From positions 102,488,001 to 102,552,000 of the forward strand of contig NC_086108.1 of assembly GCF_963921235.1 (NCBI RefSeq): 64,000 bases of DNA, written 5' to 3'. A program made the position numbers and the translations under genes. The DNA comes from Mobula hypostoma (lineage: Eukaryota). Each line of letters opens with the position of its first letter. The stretch's first letter is position 1. Positions 62,743 through 64,000 of this stretch are shown one piece after another. The notes under the pieces were generated by a model that was not told the origin of the DNA, searched no databases, and saw only the letters and a list, made by a program, of their open reading frames with translations.

Positions 62743-63775
62743 TCTTCTGCTTCTGCTTGGTACTGTGCAAGCACTGCGGGACGTCTGTTATAACGCGCAG
62801 TCGGGGTGAATGGCGCGGGAGTTAAATTGTAAAGTAAGCTTTTTTGACTAGATCCCCTAAATTGATTTGATTGAGTCTATCTTTAAAAATATTAATGTCA
62901 GAAATACTGCGCGGTCTGGCGGCAGAAGATTCCACTCTCTTGTTGATCCTGGATAGAGGGAGTACTGGTAGCAAATCTTATTGAATGAAGGAGTTTCCAA
63001 TATGTGAGGTCCAGTTTGCTGTCGAGTTGAACTGACCCTGCGACGAATTTGGATGTTTGATGGAGTGATGATGTGAACTTCTTTGAAAATGAAAATTAAC
63101 TGTAGTTTAATACGTCGGTTTTCAAGTGGTTCCCAGTGAAAGTTAGAGAGCATGTTGGTGACACTGGATTTCCTGCTGTAATCGTTTAACACAAAGCGAG
63201 CAGCACGGCGTTGAATTTTTTGGATGGACTTCTTATTGTTAGCTTGATGGGGATCCTGTATGGCCGCGCAATACTCAAGCGTTGGATGGACGAGTGGCTT
63301 ATATGCCATATCCTTGACAGAGTTACTACATGAGTGGAGGGTTCTTCTCAGGATACCCAGCATTTTATTTGCTTTGGCTGTAATCTGATTGATGTGGCAT
63401 GGGGCATCTTAAAGGGATGCCCTGCAGTATTAGCCATTGCCATCCTGGGGAAAAAGGCATTCACAATGAGCTGGGATGAGAATTCATGTGGGTTAAACAT
63501 TGTAATGGATCAGTTGTCAATCACCATCTTGTCTTTCTTTCTAATCTTAGGAGACTACATGTGTTTCCCACACACAGAATTAAACAACAAATCATTATGA
63601 AATGATTTTTTTTCAGTTGTGTTAGTCGAAAGATGAATGCTGACAGGAGCACAAGAGTGATGTTGCTTCGAAATAGTGTCAGGGAGTCTCCTACTTTCAC
63701 TTGAGAAAGGGAAATGGATCCTCAAAGTCTCACCTAAAGGATTTTCTCTCCGCACAATGCCGGGCTGTATCTGAA
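62743..63775 (-). mobile_element. Divergent CR1-clade LINE derivative (invertebrate-like), internally deleted
   Basis: LGILRRTLHSCSNSVKDMAYKPLVHPTLEYCAAIQDPH..IQKIQRRAARFVLNDYSRKSSVTNML...WEPLENRR...YSLYPGSTREWNLLP; cagtac plus (gaagca)n tail. Confidence 0.75.
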
Positions 63776-64000
63776 TCAAGTTTTATATGTTGTGAAATTT
63801 GTTGTTATGTGGCAGCAGTACGTTGCAATATATGTAAAACAAAATTAAATAAGTACTGCAAAGAAAGTGGTGAGGTAGTGTTCATGGGTTTGAATGTCCA
63901 TTCAAAAATCTGATGGCGGGGGGAAGAAGCTGTTCCTGAATTGTTGAGTGTGTGCCTTCAGAGTTTTGTACCTCCTTCCTGTTGGTAGGTAGTAATGAGA

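Overview
Vertebrate nuclear DNA from a cartilaginous fish. A batoid/ray is the most likely source, inferred from the HE1-type V-SINE, HER1/CR1, Rex1-Babar and SacSINE-like repeat complement. The only host coding sequence I can support is one 207-nt, phase-0 exon on the + strand (7787-7993) that aligns by eye with exon 2 of the sialyltransferase ST6GALNAC3. The rest of the window is therefore probably introns 1 and 2 of that gene. These introns are packed with decayed, often nested mobile elements: CR1 and Rex1/Babar LINE fragments, an RTE fragment, V-SINEs, a tRNA/CORE SINE, RTE-derived non-autonomous elements, a full-length but dead IR-DR Tc1 transposon, Tc1 and hAT MITEs, and a solo LTR. Nearly all ORFs in the track are pieces of these elements or chance ORFs. 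The most notable signals are: (1) two Penelope-like repeat families carrying minimal hammerhead ribozymes, where the one core-intact copy is antisense to the host gene and the sense copies are broken; (2) a CpG-rich CR1 of invertebrate type; (3) a SINE sitting near the RTE-derived element that appears to have donated its body; (4) an unexplained dispersed 33-bp TGACAG minisatellite. Repeat boundaries were read by eye and are approximate unless TIRs or TSDs are quoted. Family names come from recognition, not from database searches.
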